Source: Mobula hypostoma
Taxonomy: Eukaryota
Reading direction: 5' to 3'
NCBI RefSeq assembly: GCF_963921235.1
Contig: NC_086097.1
Coordinates: forward strand, 6,200,001 to 6,264,000
DNA length: 64,000 nucleotides
Both the position numbers and the translations under genes were made by a program. Below are positions 39,610 to 52,250 of this stretch, piece by piece (within the stretch, counting starts at the first letter, position 1; each line of letters starts with the position of its first letter). Under the pieces are notes generated by a model. The model saw only the letters and a list, made by a program, of their open reading frames with translations, was not told the origin of the DNA and made no database searches.

Positions 39610-41545
39610 ATCTCTTCCTGCAGATGCAGATTCATGCCACACTGCTTGCTTCTCTCTTCTACCCAAGATCCAGACATCTCACTGTCCAGGTAGGCCTATT
39701 GTCTCCGCCTGACCCTGTCACACTGAACTCACGTCCTCATACTTTGCCTCCATTCCGTCCTCTTTGTTTCAGTCCCTTCCCACCTACATCCGGGACGCTT
39801 CACATGATCTCGGTCTCCTCAACAACTTTCAGTTCCATGGCCCAGACTACCTCATTTTTACCATGGATGTTCAGTCCCTGTACTCTTCTATCCCCCATCA
39901 AGAAGGTTTAAATCTCCCTGCTTCTTCCTCAATAATAGAACCAAAGAGTTCCCCTCCACCACCCTCAGAATATTTCCTTCAACTCCTCCCTCTTTCTTCA
40001 GACTTGAGGGGTAGCCATGGGAACCTGCATGTGTCCTACCTATGCCTGGCTTTCTGTTGGCTATGTAGAACAGTCCATATTCCAAGACTTCCTCGGTAAT
40101 GTTCCGCAACTGTTCCTTTGCTACATTGATGACTGCATTGGTGCTGCTTCATGCATGCATGTTGGGCCTGTGAATTTCATCAACTTTGCCTCCATCTTCC
40201 ACCCTGCTCTTAAATTCACTTGGTCCATTTCTGACACCTCCCTCCGCTTTCTCAGTTTCTCTGTCTCCATCTCTGAAGACTGACAAAATTGTCGACTGAT
40301 ATCTTTTATAAATCTACTGATTCCCGCAGTTATCTTGACTACCTCCTTCCCACCCACGCTGTTTCCTGTAAAAAAAAGCTATTCCCTTTTCTCAGTTCCT
40401 TCGTCTCTGCTGCATCAGTTCCCTGTATGAGACTTTCTTTTCCAGGACATCAGAAATGTCCTTCTTCTTCAAAGAATGGGGTTTCACTTCCTCCATATTG
40501 ATGCAGCCTTCACCCACATCTCCAGCATTTCCTGAAAATCATGCTCACTCCATCTTCCCACTACCTTAACACGATAGGTTTCTTCTTGTCCTTACCAACC
40601 ACGCCACGAGCTTCTGCATCCAATATATTATTCTTCACTACGTCCCCCACCTCCAAAGGAATCCTACCACCAAGCACATCTTTGCCTCTCCCCCACTCTC
40701 CGTTTTCCACAGGGATCACTCCTTCTGCGATTTTCTTGTCCATTAGTCCCTCCCCACTAATCTCTCTCCCAGCACATATCCCTGCAAGCAGCCTAAATTC
40801 TACACCTGCCCATTCCCCAGCTTCATCACCTCCATGCAGGACCCCAAGCAGTTTTTCCAGGTGAGCCAAAGCTTCACCTGCAAATCTGCTGGGGTCACCT
40901 CCTGTGTGCAGTGTTCCTGATGCAGCATCCTTGACATTGATGAGACTGGTTGTAAATTGTGGGGCTGCTTTGTCGAGCATCTCGGCTCCATCTGCAAAAA
41001 GTAGGACTTACTGGTGGCTAAACATTTTAATTCTGATTCCCATTCCCATTGCGCCACGTCGTCCATAGCCTCCTCTTGCACCACAATGAGGCCACCCTCA
41101 GCAACACCTTATATTGCATTTGGGTAGCCTCCAACCTGATGGCATTAACATTGATTTCTCCTTACAGTAAAAAACTATTTTGCTCTCCCTTCTCTTTTCT
41201 TCTATTCCCTACTGTGGCCTCTTACCTCTTCTCACCTGCCTATCACCTCCCCCTGGTTCTCCTCCTCCTTCCCTTTCTCCTATGGTCCACTGTCCTCGCC
41301 AATCAGAATCCTTCCTCTCCTGCCCTTCACCTTTCCCACCCACCAGGCTTAATCTATCACCTTTGAGTTTGTTCTCCTTCCCCATCCCCCACCATTTTAT
41401 TCCGGCATCTTTGCCCTTCCTTTCCAATCCTGAAGAAGGATCTCAGCCCAAAATGTTGACTGCTTGTTCATTTCCCTGGATGCTTCCTGATCTGCTGAGT
41501 CTCGAGCATTTCGTGTGTGTTGCCTAGTATTGCCAGCATTTCTTG
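39610..41545 (+). mobile_element. Penelope-like element: RT + GIY-YIG endonuclease remnants + pLTR
   Basis: FTMDVQSLYSSIPHQEG, GVAMGTCMCPTYA, YIDDCIG, HPALKFT, TDIFYKSTDS; decayed GIY-YIG region (FTCKSAGVTSCVQCS..DIDETG..FVEHL, ~40870-40985); hammerhead remnant 41424-41462. Confidence 0.9.
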
Positions 41546-41807
41546 TTTTACCTTCACTCCTACTTTTGTGAAATTTACCAATGCGCTTACCATCCTTGTA
41601 CAACCATCTCCTCTGTTTCTTAAATCTTTTGCCCTCCGACCCAACAATGACTTTCTCATCGATTTTCTCTTCCAATTTTCTGCATTCAAAAACCATTTTA
41701 CTTCTAACTTTTCCAACTTCTGATGAAACACTGGGATGGATCATGACTGACACATTGCACTTGCTTTGCACGGTGTTCTTGAATTAAGCCTTCCTGGTAT
41801 CCATCAC

Positions 41808-42005
41808 AAACACAGAAAATCTGTGCAGATGTTGGAAATCCAAAGCAACACACACAGAATGCTAGAGGAACTCAGCAGGCCTGGCAGCATCTATGGAAAA
41901 GCATGAACAGTTGACGTTTCGGGCCGGGACTCTTCTTCAGTCCTGATGGAGGGTCTCTGCCTGAAATATTGACTGTTCACTCATTCCCATAGATGCTGCC
42001 TGATC
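41808..42005. mobile_element. Inverted pair of Penelope pLTRs joined at their hammerhead cores
   Basis: Minus arm CTGAAGA-AGAGTCCCGGCCC-GAAACGTC; plus arm CAGTC-CTGATGG-AGGGTCTCTGCCT-GAAATATT-GACTG. Confidence 0.8.
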
Positions 42006-42866
42006 CGATGGCATCCATCATCCTGCTAGACATGTTACTGTAACCACTATACAAGGTGAAGCAGACATTGACCGAAGACTGGGTCACAGGAACTAACCCT
42101 CCTCTCTTGGAGTGTCCTGTGACCTGTGACTTCTGATAGCTCGTGCTGCCAAAATTAAATGAATCAGGTTTATTAAAACTGACTTATATGATGTAAAGTC
42201 AGTTGCTTTGCAGCAATCACATGCAAATGTCTTAGGCACAGATATATAAAAAAGGTACCTTGGATATTTTTTCAGTACTACATTTGCCAACGTGGAGTAG
42301 AGAGTGAGTTTGTAAATCTGGAAGGAACAAAGGATTTTAGGAATGGCAAGGGGAGAGCACCTGTGGGAGGGATGTAGGACAGATGATAGAGAAGGAGTGA
42401 CAGGGGCAGGGCGTGGCACTGGTGCAGACACACCCAGCCTTGAGATACAAGGCAAGGTCATTTGATTCCAAACAATTGGTTTATTATCATTACAGAATGT
42501 CTCTCTAGTGTTTCCCCAACCATGATTTCCCTCTCCCTGCCCCCTTCCCACTCTCAGTCCACAATAGAGACCCATATCAGACTCAAATTAATCATCACGC
42601 ACATATGTCATGAAATTTGTTTTTTTGCAGCAGCAGCACCAGCAGCAGTACAGTGCAATACATACAATTACTACAGTACATCTTGCACCATCCAGGGCAT
42701 GCCCTCTTCTTGTTACTACCATTGGAGAGGAAGTCCAGGAGCCTGAAGACCTACTCTCAGTGATTTAAGACTAACTTGTTCCTTCTACCATCAGATTTCT
42801 GAATGGTCCATGAACCCATGAATATTATCTCATCATTCCTGTTTTTGCATTATTTATTTTGAGATT

Positions 42867-42867
<1 letters not shown>

Positions 42868-42957
<90 letters not shown>
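42868..42957. repeat. Compound microsatellite (TA)n(CA)n(TA)n(GA)n
   Basis: Directly visible. Confidence 0.97.
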
Positions 42958-43081
42958 CTAGGGTGCCTAAGACTTCTGCACAGTTCTGTGCATAAGCCAC
43001 AAAATAAATAAATAGTGTAAAAACAAGACTAACAACATAATATTCAAGTGAAGCTGAGCGAAGTTATCCCCTTTGGAGGGA

Positions 43082-43722
43082 GGAGAAGATGGCAGTGTGA
43101 CGCAGTGCGCGCGGCCGCTCCAAATTGATATCGTATATGTGAAGTAGGATGCCGTGTACAATCCTGATTTGATAGAGACAGACGTGAAGAAGCTCGGAGG
43201 AACATCTGGAGAAACTTCTGAAATGCCCGCTTCGCTGCCACTGCTACTGTGCGATCGAGAATCTCCGGAGGGAAGGTCCCAAATCCTCGGCTTTGCCTGT
43301 TTCCTGTTGCCGGGGCGGGGTCAAAGTGCTCGGCAGAGATGGTGCTCAATGCATCGGTGTCGGGGAGCTGGTTGGAGGCTCAGAGTTTTCGGACAGACTC
43401 GGAGTCGGACTGTGGTCGGGTGCTTCTGGGATGCTGCATCGACAAGTTTGTGGCGCTGGAGGTTTACCGTCTGCGTGAGATGATGAGACTTTCGAGAGAC
43501 TTTGAGACTTTACCATGCCCATTGTCTGTTCTTATCAAATTACGGTATTGCTTTGCACTATTGTAACTATATGTTATAGTTATGTGGTTTTTGTCAGTTT
43601 TTCAGTCAGTTTGTCATGTGTTTCTGTGATATCATTCTGGAAGAACATTGTATCATTTCTTAAAGCATGCATTATTAAATGACAATAAAAGAGGACTGCA
43701 TGTCCTCATAATCTAATCTAAT
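43082..43722 (+). mobile_element. GC/CpG-rich non-autonomous retroposon (partial second copy ~38012-38334, minus)
   Basis: Starts GGAGAAGATGGC, ends CAATAAA...(AATCT)n; ~320 bp shared in reverse orientation with 38012-38334; no tRNA head or RT motifs seen. Confidence 0.7.
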
Positions 43723-44350
43723 GTAAGACCCTGATGGTTGAGGGATAGTAACTGTTCCTGAAACTGGTGATGTGAGTCCAGAGACTCCTGTACCGACCTC
43801 CTGATGGCAGTAGTGAGAAGAGAGCATGTCCTGGCTGGTGGGGGCCCCTGATGATGGATGCTGCTTTCCTACAACAGTGCTCTATGTAGTTGTGCTCAAT
43901 GGTGGGAGGGGGGCTTTACTCGTAATGGTCTGGTCTCGATCCACTACTTTCTGGAGGATTTTCTGTTCAAGGGCATTAGTGTTCCACTGCAGGCGGTGAT
44001 GCAGCCAGCCAATATACTCTCCACCACACCTTTACAGAAGTTTGTCAAAGTATTGGATGTCATGTCGAATGAAACTTTGCAAACACCTACCCAAGTAGAA
44101 GAGCTGCCCTGGCCCCACTCATTAATATGAAATGAGGATGAGCATCCAGTAAGATACAAAGTGAGTGATGCACTTGTTCAGTTTTTGTCTTAAGGCTTGT
44201 TTGTTCATGGTCCACCTGCCGTCTTGCAAAGAACAGCATGGACCTTATCACTGATAGAACAAGCAAACTCCTGGAGGAACTCAGCCAGTCAAGTAGTATC
44301 AGTGGGGGGAGGGGGGTGGGAGACCAAATGTCGACATTTGAGTAGACACT

Positions 44351-44566
44351 CTGAGAGTGTAATGAGGAGAGGGGGGAATACTGATATGATCAGAACTGAG
44401 AATGTAATGAGGAGGGGGGAGTACTGACGTGATCAGAACTGAGTGTGTAATGAGGAAAGGGGGAGTACTGACATGATAACAACTGAGTGTGTAATGAGGA
44501 GAGGGGTTGTACTGATATGATCACAATTGAGAGTGTAATGAAGAGAGGAGGAGTACTGATATGATC
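44351..44566. repeat. Minisatellite, ~5 x 43-45 bp
   Basis: Unit CTGAGAGTGTAATGAGGAGAGGGGG.GTACTGATATGATCAGAA starting at 44351, 44396, 44439, 44483, 44527. Confidence 0.92.
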
Positions 44567-45000
44567 CAGTGGTGTGTCTTAAATAGCTAAGTCACACGTG
44601 AAGGCTAGGAACTGGACTTGGTTGTCAGAGGCTACTAAGCCCTGCAGAACCATTTCTGCTGGCAGGAGAAGGGGAAAGTTGGGTGACTGGCATCTTAAAA
44701 CAGGTCGCTTCGGGCATATGGGCTTGTCAGCCGTAGTTGGTAGCTCACCTAGCAGAAGAAAAATTCTGATTTCAAACCTCTGCTGCCTTGCAGCTATACA
44801 TACTCATGGGAAAGGCTTCAGGAGTAAACCCCAAGGAAAATTCCAGAGCTGGAGTCCCTAAGGCAGTCCTATGTTGTGTTCAATGCTGCTGACCGGCAAC
44901 TCCTGTGATGCTGCTGGTGCCAAACTGTATTGGTCTGTGCTGTTCCTTTGCTTTCATCAGCTGAGCAGAGAGGGGGAGCCTGTTGGATGGGCAACAGCTC

Positions 45001-45162
45001 GCTCTCCATATCGTACTGCCCTGGCTCGCTCTCCATATCGTACTGCCCTGGTTTGCTCTCCATATCGTACTGCCCTGGTTTGCTCTCCATATCGTACTGC
45101 CCTGGTTTTCTCTCCATATCGTACTGCCCTGGTTTGTTCTCCATATCGTACTGCCCTGGCTT
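45001..45162. repeat. Minisatellite, 6 x 27 bp, inside a SINE-like element (~44570-45225)
   Basis: Unit GCTCTCCATATCGTACTGCCCTGGTTT at 45001, 45028, 45055, 45082, 45109, 45136. Confidence 0.95.
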
Positions 45163-45553
45163 GTGTATCATGCAGACAGCTAGGACACAACACCAATAGC
45201 CAACCCTAACCAATGGACGGTCCACATTCAGGCAAATATTTCATACTCAGATAACAAGACAAATACACAGGATTTGCTCATTAATATGTTCCTGCTGTAA
45301 ACGCTATAATAGCTGTTACAGAGTGACTGTCAAAAGCTTTGGCATTACTTAAGAGTGTGAAAGTCACAATCAAATTGCAAGTGTTCATATAGACCACTAA
45401 TGCATAATTTGTAAAATAAAATCTTTTTTATACAATACAAAATGCCATAATTAATGCTTATTTCTTGATTGCCATGTATTTAAATTTACAAAATTGATTG
45501 AAGGACTTTACAAACCAAAAGTTGAAGATAACTGCGAAAGTGAATAGCATTAC

Positions 45554-45674
45554 ATTGTTGTATCTCAGCAGATCCTGTGGCTCCATACAGTCGAGCAGAC
45601 AGGAGGCTGATCTTGTTTAACCACATTTTACACCAGAACACTGAACACACAGAATGATAACCTTCAGATATCAC
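45554..45674 (-). CDS. Candidate host exon C (VISEGYHSVCSVFWCKMWLNKISLLSARLYGATGSAEIQQ)
   Basis: Acceptor ttttaatatcccag, only one open frame (phase 0), tentative donor gtaatg; lies in AT-rich non-TE sequence; phase-compatible with exon B. Confidence 0.4.
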
Positions 45675-45879
45675 CTGGGATATTAAAATGATGGAGGAAA
45701 TTAACCCAGTCTACTTCCATAGATTATTCAATATGAATATGAAAGGGAATCATATTTTCTTTAAACATAGAAAGCCATTCAACACACTGAGTCTATGCTA
45801 GTATTCAGAAAGTTCCAATCAGTCTGATTCTAAGTTCAAAGTTCAAACTAAGTTTTTTTACTTTGTCTGAATGGTGACT

Positions 45880-47135
45880 CGGTTACGCTCCAGTTTGCCT
45901 ACCGAAGCAACAGGTCTACAGCTGATGCTGTCTCGCTGGCTCTTCACACAACTCTGGAATATCTGGACAGCAAAGAAGCATACATCAGGATGCTCTTTAT
46001 TGATTACAGCTTGACATTTAACACCATCGTTCTCTCAAAACTGAACAGTAAACTCCAAGACCTGGGCCTCAAAACCCCCTTGTGCAATTGAATCCTGGAT
46101 TTCCTCACTTGTAGGCCCCAGTCAGTTCGGATTGGCAAAAACACCTCCTCCACAATCTCCATCAGCACAGGAACAATGCAGAGGTGTATGCTTCACCCCC
46201 TGCTAATTTTACACATTACACCTACGACTGTGTGGCTAAGTACAACTGCAACACCATATACAAGTTTGCTGATGACACCACTGTTGTGGGCTGTATCAAA
46301 GGGGGTATGAATCAGCATACAGGAGGGAGATTGAAAATTTGGCTGAGTGGTTTAATAACAACAACCTCTCACTCAATGTCAATAAGACCAAGGAACTGAT
46401 TGTAGACTTTAGGAGAGGGAAACCAGAGGTCCATGAGCCAGTAATCATCAGAGGATCTAAGGTGGAGAGGCTCAGTAACTTTAAATTCCTGGGTGTCACT
46501 ATCTCAGAGGACCTGTGTTGGACCAGTCATATAAATATTATTGTGAAGAAAGCATGACAGTTTTTCTACTTCCTCAGGACTGCAGAGGTTGGGCACGCCA
46601 TCAAAAACCTTGGCTAACTTCTATAGATGTGTGGTGCAAAGTGTGCTGACTGGCTGCATCATGGTCTGGTAAGGGAACACCAATGCCTTTGAGCAAAATA
46701 TCTTACCAAGATTGTGGATTCAGCCCAGTACAGCACAGGTAAAACCCTCCCAACCATTGAAACGTTGCTGCAGAAAAGCAGCATCCATCATCAAAGATCC
46801 TCACCTCCCAGGCCATGCTCTTCTCTCACTGCTGCCATCAGGTAGAAGGTACAAGTGCCTCAGGACTCGCACCACCGGGGTCAGAAACAGTTACTTCCCT
46901 CAACCATCAGGCTTTTGAACAAAAGGCCATTCATTTAAAGGCTATATTTCATGCTTGTTATTTTTGCTATTTACTTATATCTGCATTTGCGCAGTTTGTT
47001 TACAGTTTACAGTTCCTGATGTTTACAGTTTACAGTTCCTATTCTCTAGATTTGCTAAGTACACCCACAGAAAAATAATTTCAGGGTTGCATGTGGTGAC
47101 AGGTATGTACTCTGATAATAAATTTTACTTTGAAC
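45880..47135 (+). mobile_element. Rex1/Babar LINE RT and 3' end, decayed
   Basis: QFAYR..RST.DA, RMLFIDYS, YTYDCVA, YKFADDTTVVG, LNVNKTKELIVDFR, FKFLGV, LPSGRRY; (TTTGAAC) tail. Confidence 0.88.
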
Positions 47136-47149
47136 TTGGAACTTTTGAA

Positions 47150-49720
47150 CTTTGGCGTGTCACCATATACAATGCTCAGGAGACTTGGAAGAGCAAATCT
47201 GCAGAGAGATAGCAGGCAACTGCAGGAAACATAAAGTTGTGGTGGTAGGGGATTTTAATTTTCCATACATTGATTGGGACTCCCATACTGTTAGGGGTCT
47301 AGATGGTTTAGAGTTTGTAAAATGTGTTCAGGAAAGTTTTCTAAATCAGTATATAGAGGGACCAACTAGAGGGGATGCAATATTGGATCTCCTGTTAGGA
47401 AATGAATTAGGGCAAGTGACAGAAGTCTGTGTAGGGGAGCACTTTGGTTCCAGTGATCATAACACCATTAGTTTCAATTTGATCATGGACAAGGATAGAT
47501 CTGGTCCTAGGGTTGAGGTTCTGAACTGGAAGAAGGCCAAATTTGAAGAAATGAGAAAGGATCTAAAAAGCATGGATTGGGACAGGTTGTTCTCTGGCAA
47601 AGATGTGATTGGTAGGTGGGAAGCTTTCAAAGGGGAAATTTTGAGAGTGCAGAGTTTGTATGTTCCTGTCAGGATTAAAGGAAAATTGAACAGGAATAAG
47701 GAACCTTGGTTCTCAAGGGATATTGCAACTCTGATAAAGAAGAAGAGGGAGTTGTATGAAATGTATAGGAAACAGGGGTAAATCAGGTGCTTGAGGAGTA
47801 TAAGAAGTGCAAGAAAATACTTAAGAAAGAAATCAGGAGGGCAAAAAGAAGACATGAGGTTGCCTTGGCAGTCAAAGTGAAGGATAATCCAAAGAGCTTT
47901 TACAAGTATATTAAGAGCAAAAGGATTGTAAGGGATAAAATTGGTCCTCTTGAAGATCAGAGTGGTCGGCTTTGTGCGGAACCAAAGGAAATGGGGGAGA
48001 TCTTAAATAGGTTTTTTGCGTCTGTATTTGCTAAGGAAGCTGGCATGAAATCTAGGGAATTGAGGAAATCAAGTAGTGAGACCATGGAAACTGTACAGAT
48101 TGAAAAGGAGGAGGTGCTTGCTGTCTTGAGGAAAATTAAAGTGGATAAATCCCCAGGACCTGACAGAGTGTTTCCTTGGACCTTGAAGGAGACTAGTATT
48201 GAAATTGCGGGGGCCCTGGCAGAAATATTTAAAATGTCGCTGTCAGCGGGTGAAGTGCCGGAGGATTGGAGAGTGGCTCATGTTGTTCCGTTGTTTAAAA
48301 AAGGATCGAAAAGTAATCCGGGAAATTATAGGCCGGTGAGTTTAACGTCAGTAGTAGGTAAGTTATTGGAGGGAGTACTAAGAGACAGAATCTATAAGCA
48401 TTTGGATAGACAGGGGCTTATTAGGGAGAGTCAACATGGCTTTGTGCATGGTAGGTCATGTTTGACCAATCTGTTGGAGTTTTTCGAGGAGGTTACCAGG
48501 AAAGTGGATGAAGGGAAGGCAGTGGATATTGTCTACATGGACTTCAGTAAGGCCTTTGACAAGGTCCCTTATGGGAGGTTAGTTAGGAAAATTCAGTCGC
48601 TAGGTATACATGGAAAGGTGGTAAATTGGATTAGACATTGGCTCGATGGAAGAAGCCAGAGAGTGGTGGTAGAGAATTGCTTCTCTGAATGGAGGCCTAT
48701 GACTAGTGGTGTGCCACAGGGATCAGTGCTGGGTCCATTGTTATTTGTCATCTATATCAATGATCTGGATGATAATGTGGTAAATTGGATCAGCAAGTTT
48801 GCTGATGATACAAAGATTGGAGGTGTAGTAGACAGTGAGGAAGGTTTTCAGAGCCTGCAGAGGGACTTGGACCAGCTGGAAAAATGGGCTGAAAAATGGC
48901 AGATGGAGTTTAATACTGACAAGTGTGAGGTATTGCACGTTGGAAGGACAAACCAACGTAGAACATACAGGGTTAATGGTAAGGCACTGAGGAGTGCAGT
49001 GGAACAGAGGGATCTGGGAATACAGATACAAAATTCCCTAAAAGTGTCGTCACAGTTAGATAGGGTCGTAAAGAGAGCTTTTGGTACATTGGCCTTTATT
49101 AATCGAAGTATTGAGTATAAGAGCTGGAATGTTATGATGAAGTTGTATAAGGCATTGGTGAGGCCGAATCTGGAGTATTGTGTTCAGTTTTGGTCACCAA
49201 ATTACAGGATGGATATAAATAAGGTTGAAAGAGTGCAGAGAAGGTTTACAAGGATGTTGCCGGGACTTGAGAAACTCAGTTACAGAGAAAGGTTGAATAG
49301 GTTAGGACTTTATTCCCTGGAGCGTAGAAGAATGAGGGGAGATTTGATAGAGGTATATAAAATTATCATGGGTATAGATAGAGTGAATGCAAGCAGGCTT
49401 TTTCCACTGAGGCAAGGGGAGAAAAAAAACCAGAGGACATGGGTTAAGGGTGGGGGGGGGGGAGTTTAAAGGGAACATTAGGGGGGGCTTCTTCACACAG
49501 AGAGTGGTGGGAGTATGGAATGAGCTGCCAGACGAGGTGGTAAATGTGGGCTCATTTTTAACATTTAAGAATAAATTGGACAGATACATGGATGGGAGGT
49601 GTATGGAGGGATATGTTCCGTGTGCAGGTCAGTGGGACTAGGCAGGAAATGGTTCGGCACAGCCAAGAAGGGCCAAAGGACCTGCTTTTGTGCTGTAGTT
49701 TCTATGGTTCTATGGTTCTA
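47150..49720 (+). mobile_element. Young CR1 LINE ORF2 (part of APE + RT), 5'-truncated; one stop (~47779) and a frameshift near 49430
   Basis: ORFs 47152..47781 (VGDFNFP, ILDLLL, GSSDHN) and 47787..49469 (YMDFSKAFD, GVPQGSVLGP, KFADDTK); (TTCTATGG)n tail. Confidence 0.95.
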
Positions 49721-50690
49721 TGATCATTTTCTTGTGGGCAATCACGGTAGATGCAAAGAAGCACAATGGAATCCATGAAAAACCATGCACAACAAAGATG
49801 GAGAAACACCCAATGTGCAAAACAAACTGTGCATATAAAAGAAAAATTGAGAAATAAACACCAAGAGCATGAGTTGTAGAGTCCTTGAAAGTGAGAATGT
49901 GGAATCAATTCAAATTTTATAATTCAAAGTAAAATTTATTTTCAGCGTATATACATGTCACCACATAAACCTTGAAATTCTTTTTCTGTGGTCATACTTA
50001 GCAAATCTATAGAATAGTTACTGTAAACAGGATCAATGGACAACACACCGGGCAAATACAGATGTAATAAATAACAAGCATGAAATAATAAGATAAAGAG
50101 TCCTTAAAATGAGATCGTCGGTTGAGAGAACACCAGAAGTAGAATGAGTGAAGTTATCCCCTTTTGTTCAAGAGCTGATGGTTGAGAGGTAGTAACCGTT
50201 CTTGAACTTGCTGGTGTGAGTCCTGACGGCAGCAACGTGAAAAAGAGCATGGACTGGGAGTGGTGAGAATCTTTGATGGTTGATGCTGCTTCTCTACGGC
50301 AATGTTTCATGTAGATGTGCTCAATAGTTGGGAGGGTTATACCCATGATGTTCCGGACCGAATCCATCACCTTTTGTAGGATTTCCCACTGAAAGGCATT
50401 GGTGTTCCGAAACCAGGCCATAAAGGTGCCTGTCAGTACATGTTCCTCCACACATCCGTAGAAGTTTGCCAAGGTTTTTGCGACATGCTGATTCAATGTT
50501 GAGGTGAGTAGAGTTGAGTGAAATTATCCACTCTGCTTCAAGACCCTTATGGTTGAGAGGTAATAAATGTCCTTGAAGCTGGTGATGCAGATCCTCGGGC
50601 TCCTGTACTTCCTTCCTGATGGCAGCAGTGAGGAAAGACCATAGCCTGAGTGCTGGGGTTCCTTGGTGATGGATGCTGCTTTCCTGTGAC
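49720..50690 (-). mobile_element. Several stacked Rex1/Babar 3' fragments
   Basis: ORF 50104..50496 (KTLANFYGCVEEHVLTG..AASTIKD) and repeated LPSGR/NSYYP-type segments. Confidence 0.7.
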
Positions 50691-50728
50691 AAATGCATTT
50701 TCAAAAAGCTACTTCCTGAAGCTCCTAC

Positions 50729-50831
50729 CAAACTGTCCAACGGTAGGAACATGGTGCAGTTCTTCAAAAGATGTTGAATATTTGGAATAAATGAGGAGCA
50801 AGAAGATTTCTTGACTAATGTAATGTTCTTT
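50729..50831 (-). CDS. Candidate host exon B (KNITLVKKSSCSSFIPNIQHLLKNCTMFLPLDSL)
   Basis: Good acceptor ttccttttctcag, donor TTG|gtagga; 103 nt, phase 2 to phase 0 bridges exons A and C; a second frame is also open, so the reading is ambiguous. Confidence 0.4.
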
Positions 50832-51744
50832 CTGAGAAAAGGAATTTTCTAGAACTTTGCTAAAATAACATTATTCTTTTTTCTGGTTTAGGCGATTAAA
50901 ATACTGCTCTGCTGATGGGGAGGAAGAGTGTGAGACTTTGTCAAAACACTTTCATGTCAAATTCATATTAAAAATACATCCATGAATTGAACCTACAGCT
51001 TCAAAACAGGCAAGAATGGACCAACATGTCACAAGGCAAACAGTTGTCTTTCCATTGTCGAACAGTGCATGAAGATTATGTGAGTCTGTTACTAACTGCA
51101 TCCAAACATAAAAAAGTGACGTGAAAACTTTGCATTGAGATGCACTCATTGAAATACATAAAACTCACAAGGGGCTTGAGAATCTGTATGAGAGCACAAT
51201 GTCCTCCTCCGGATGTGTCTACAGCCAGGAATCATGGTGCCCTCTGAGCGAGGAATCAGAATGTCTACAGCTCCAGAACCTACCATTCTGCATAAACACC
51301 TTGCCTCTCATGTCCCCTTTATACTCTCCCCCCATCTTAAAACATGTCCTCTGGAATTTGATATTTCTACCCTGGGGAGGGTGAAAAGTTGGAAGTACAT
51401 CTCTACCAAAGAAGTGTAAGGTGCTCCTTCCCTCTGCTAGTCTACAGGTCATCCTTGGGCAAGGTGTAGCAGCTGGATCAGGGTTAGATGAAACCATGGG
51501 AGCAGCTGGTGGATCTTCATATGAGCAGCTGGTGCATATCATATCCTGGTTATGTGACCACTGACACCAGGCAGACAATCGCTGAAGCATATTGATAATG
51601 GCTGGGATCACCCATCCTGTAAAAGAACTGCCCAGAAGAAGGCAACGGCAAACCACTTGTATAGAAAAAATTACCAAGAACAGTCATAGTTGCAAGACCA
51701 TGATCTCCCATGTCATACAACATGGCACATGATGATGATGATGA

Positions 51745-52250
51745 CCCTGGGGAAAGAACCTGACTGTCTACACTATCTATGCATTCCATAATTTAAAAAA
51801 AATTCTATCATATCTCCCTTCCGCCTCCAATGCTCTGGGGAGAACAACCCAAGTTTGCCGATTCTTTCCTTATAGTTCACATTCTCTTATCCAAGCAGCA
51901 TTCTGGTAAACTTCTTCTGTACCATTTCCACAGTCTCTCATCTTTCCTATAAAAGGGTGACCAGAAATGCACACAACACTCCACGTGTGGTCTGCCTAAT
52001 GTTAAATATAACTGCAACATATCTTCCTTACTCTAATACTCAACACTCAAACATTCTAAACGCCTTCCTTACCACCATATCAGTTTCATCATCATTTTCA
52101 GTGGGCTAAGATCACTCCGAACCCACGTAGCTATTAACTGTCTACTTCCTGTTTCCATTTGACCTCCCAAAGTACAATACCTCATAATAGCCTGGATTAA
52201 ACTCCATCTGATAATTTTCTGCCCATGACTATAACTAACCTGTGTCCCAC
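51745..52250 (-). mobile_element. Old CR1 3' fragment
   Basis: Decayed MEFNP, RPHVECCVHFWSP, QKKFTRMLLG segments on the minus strand. Confidence 0.7.

Noticed and set aside
42868..42957. Functional role for the compound microsatellite
   Set aside because: Ordinary simple repeat with nothing indicating function.
44351..44566. CRISPR array
   Set aside because: Head-to-tail minisatellite with no spacers.
45001..45162. CRISPR-like array or repeat protein (KPGQYDMES)n
   Set aside because: Units are contiguous with no unique spacers, no cas genes are present, the context is eukaryotic, and the ORFs arise from a 27-bp period.
50892..51079. Plus-strand exon between tttctggtttag and gtgagt
   Set aside because: All three frames contain stops between these sites.
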